In this document: piece by piece, positions 63,361 to 64,000 of the stretch | Layout: every line of letters starts with the position of its first letter | How positions within the stretch are numbered: the stretch's first letter is position 1 | IMG/VR virus record: IMGVR_UViG_3300033463_000073 | Span: 1-64,000 of that record | Length of the DNA stretch: 64,000 nt | Origin: a virus | Lineage: Duplodnaviria > Caudoviricetes | Reading direction: 5' to 3' (one strand) | Position numbers and translations under genes: made by a program | The notes under the pieces: model-generated | The model's input: the letters and a program-made list of their open reading frames with translations, nothing else | The model's database searches: none | What the model was told of the DNA's origin: nothing

Positions 63361-63368
63361 CAAATATA
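63361..63368 (-). promoter_or_regulatory. -7 element (TATATTTG) of the head/tail operon
   Basis: TAnnTTTG. Confidence 0.65.
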
Positions 63369-63459
63369 TGAACAAATACGCACGTGCAAAATATATTATG
63401 ACAACAAGTTTGTGATAAAGTGTATAAACAGCACAAACTTTATTCTTGATGTATTAACG

Positions 63460-63485
63460 ACACATTGGCACAATGTGTATCTTTG
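63460..63485 (+). promoter_or_regulatory. terminase promoter (TATCTTTG 63478-63485) with overlapping inverted repeat
   Basis: ACACATTG-GCA-CAATGTGT at 63460-63478. Confidence 0.65.
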
Positions 63486-63518
63486 CAACGAGAAATTAAA
63501 ATTTCTGTTCCGTAAGAT

Positions 63519-64000
63519 ATGGCAAAGAAACGCAACGATATAGTACTTGCTCCGTTGGAGGATGGCAACCAGAAGTACGCCATTCGCTCCAACGCAGACT
63601 TCGTCGTAATGACTGGCGGAACTGGAGGCGGTAAAAGTTACGCGCTTTACTATGCGCCAATAGACTATCTTGCGACAAACGACAACGCAAAAATAGTCTG
63701 TTTTATGCGTAATGTGTCAGACTTCTGGGGTGCTGGAAAAGTCGGAGATACGCTGAAGAAAATGTATCCACTTGTAGACCGTGCCGTAAAGAGACAGCCT
63801 CATGACCCCATAGGAGAGATTATCCACAAGCAAGAAGACATGGGTCTGAAACTGTTCAACGGTTCGGAAATTAAGTTTCAGCAACTTGACAACGAGTCTC
63901 CGATAGTAATAGACAAAATAGCTAAAGGTCTGCAAGCGAAGAAGCTCATATTCGACGAGTGCAACAAGTTCGACTGGCAGACGATAACAGCCTTTATGCC
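63519..64000 (+). CDS. terL: terminase large subunit (5' part, truncated by window end)
   Basis: Hand translation MAKKRNDIVL...GGTGGGKS (Walker A)...LIFDECNKF (Walker B). Confidence 0.88.
   Translation, partial: MAKKRNDIVLAPLEDGNQKYAIRSNADFVVMTGGTGGGKSYALYYAPIDYLATNDNAKIVCFMRNVSDFWGAGKVGDTLKKMYPLVDRAVKRQPHDPIGEIIHKQEDMGLKLFNGSEIKFQQLDNESPIVIDKIAKGLQAKKLIFDECNKFDWQTITAFM

Noticed and set aside
1-64000. Stop-codon reassignment (TAG recoded)
   Set aside because: Long genes are intact in code 11 and several well-placed genes, including the capsid gene, end in TAG

Overview
This window is most of a tailed dsDNA bacteriophage genome (siphovirus-like). Repeated TAnnTTTG promoters and A-rich translation starts without Shine-Dalgarno sites point to a Bacteroidota (Prevotella/Bacteroidales-type) host; genetic code 11 fits. 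Layout: (1) 1-3.75 kb, a rightward cassette of unknown function with Gly/Asn/Phe-rich and Arg/Gly/Tyr-rich proteins, interrupted by an antisense NUMOD4-HNH gene. (2) 3.85-27.4 kb, leftward DNA-metabolism and accessory genes: RuvC-like resolvase, HNH, DnaA-C-like protein, beta clamp, PAP2 phosphatase, an AT-rich island with a repeat-array protein, PI-PLC, RecT/YqaJ/SSB, an RNAP alpha-CTD-like protein and a radical SAM enzyme. (3) 26.3-27.85 kb, structured non-coding RNA candidates and non-canonical tRNA-like elements. (4) 27.9-40.2 kb, leftward small early-type genes plus a serine recombinase. (5) 40.2-41.5 kb, an AT-rich divergence region, possibly the genome end or origin. (6) 41.5-49 kb, rightward GIY-YIG, PAPS-reductase-like, YopX, DUF3127-like, replication initiator and SSB-like genes. 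(7) 49-63.3 kb, leftward tail and head genes, including a tail chaperone with a candidate -1 frameshift. (8) The start of the terminase large subunit, transcribed divergently and truncated by the window end. All functional calls come from motif recognition by eye; no searches were run. The best leads are the 1-3.7 kb low-complexity cassette, an anticodon-less RNA with alanine acceptor identity, leader RNAs whose apical loops are complementary to flanking motifs, the constant/variable repeat protein, and lipid/phosphate-acting enzymes.
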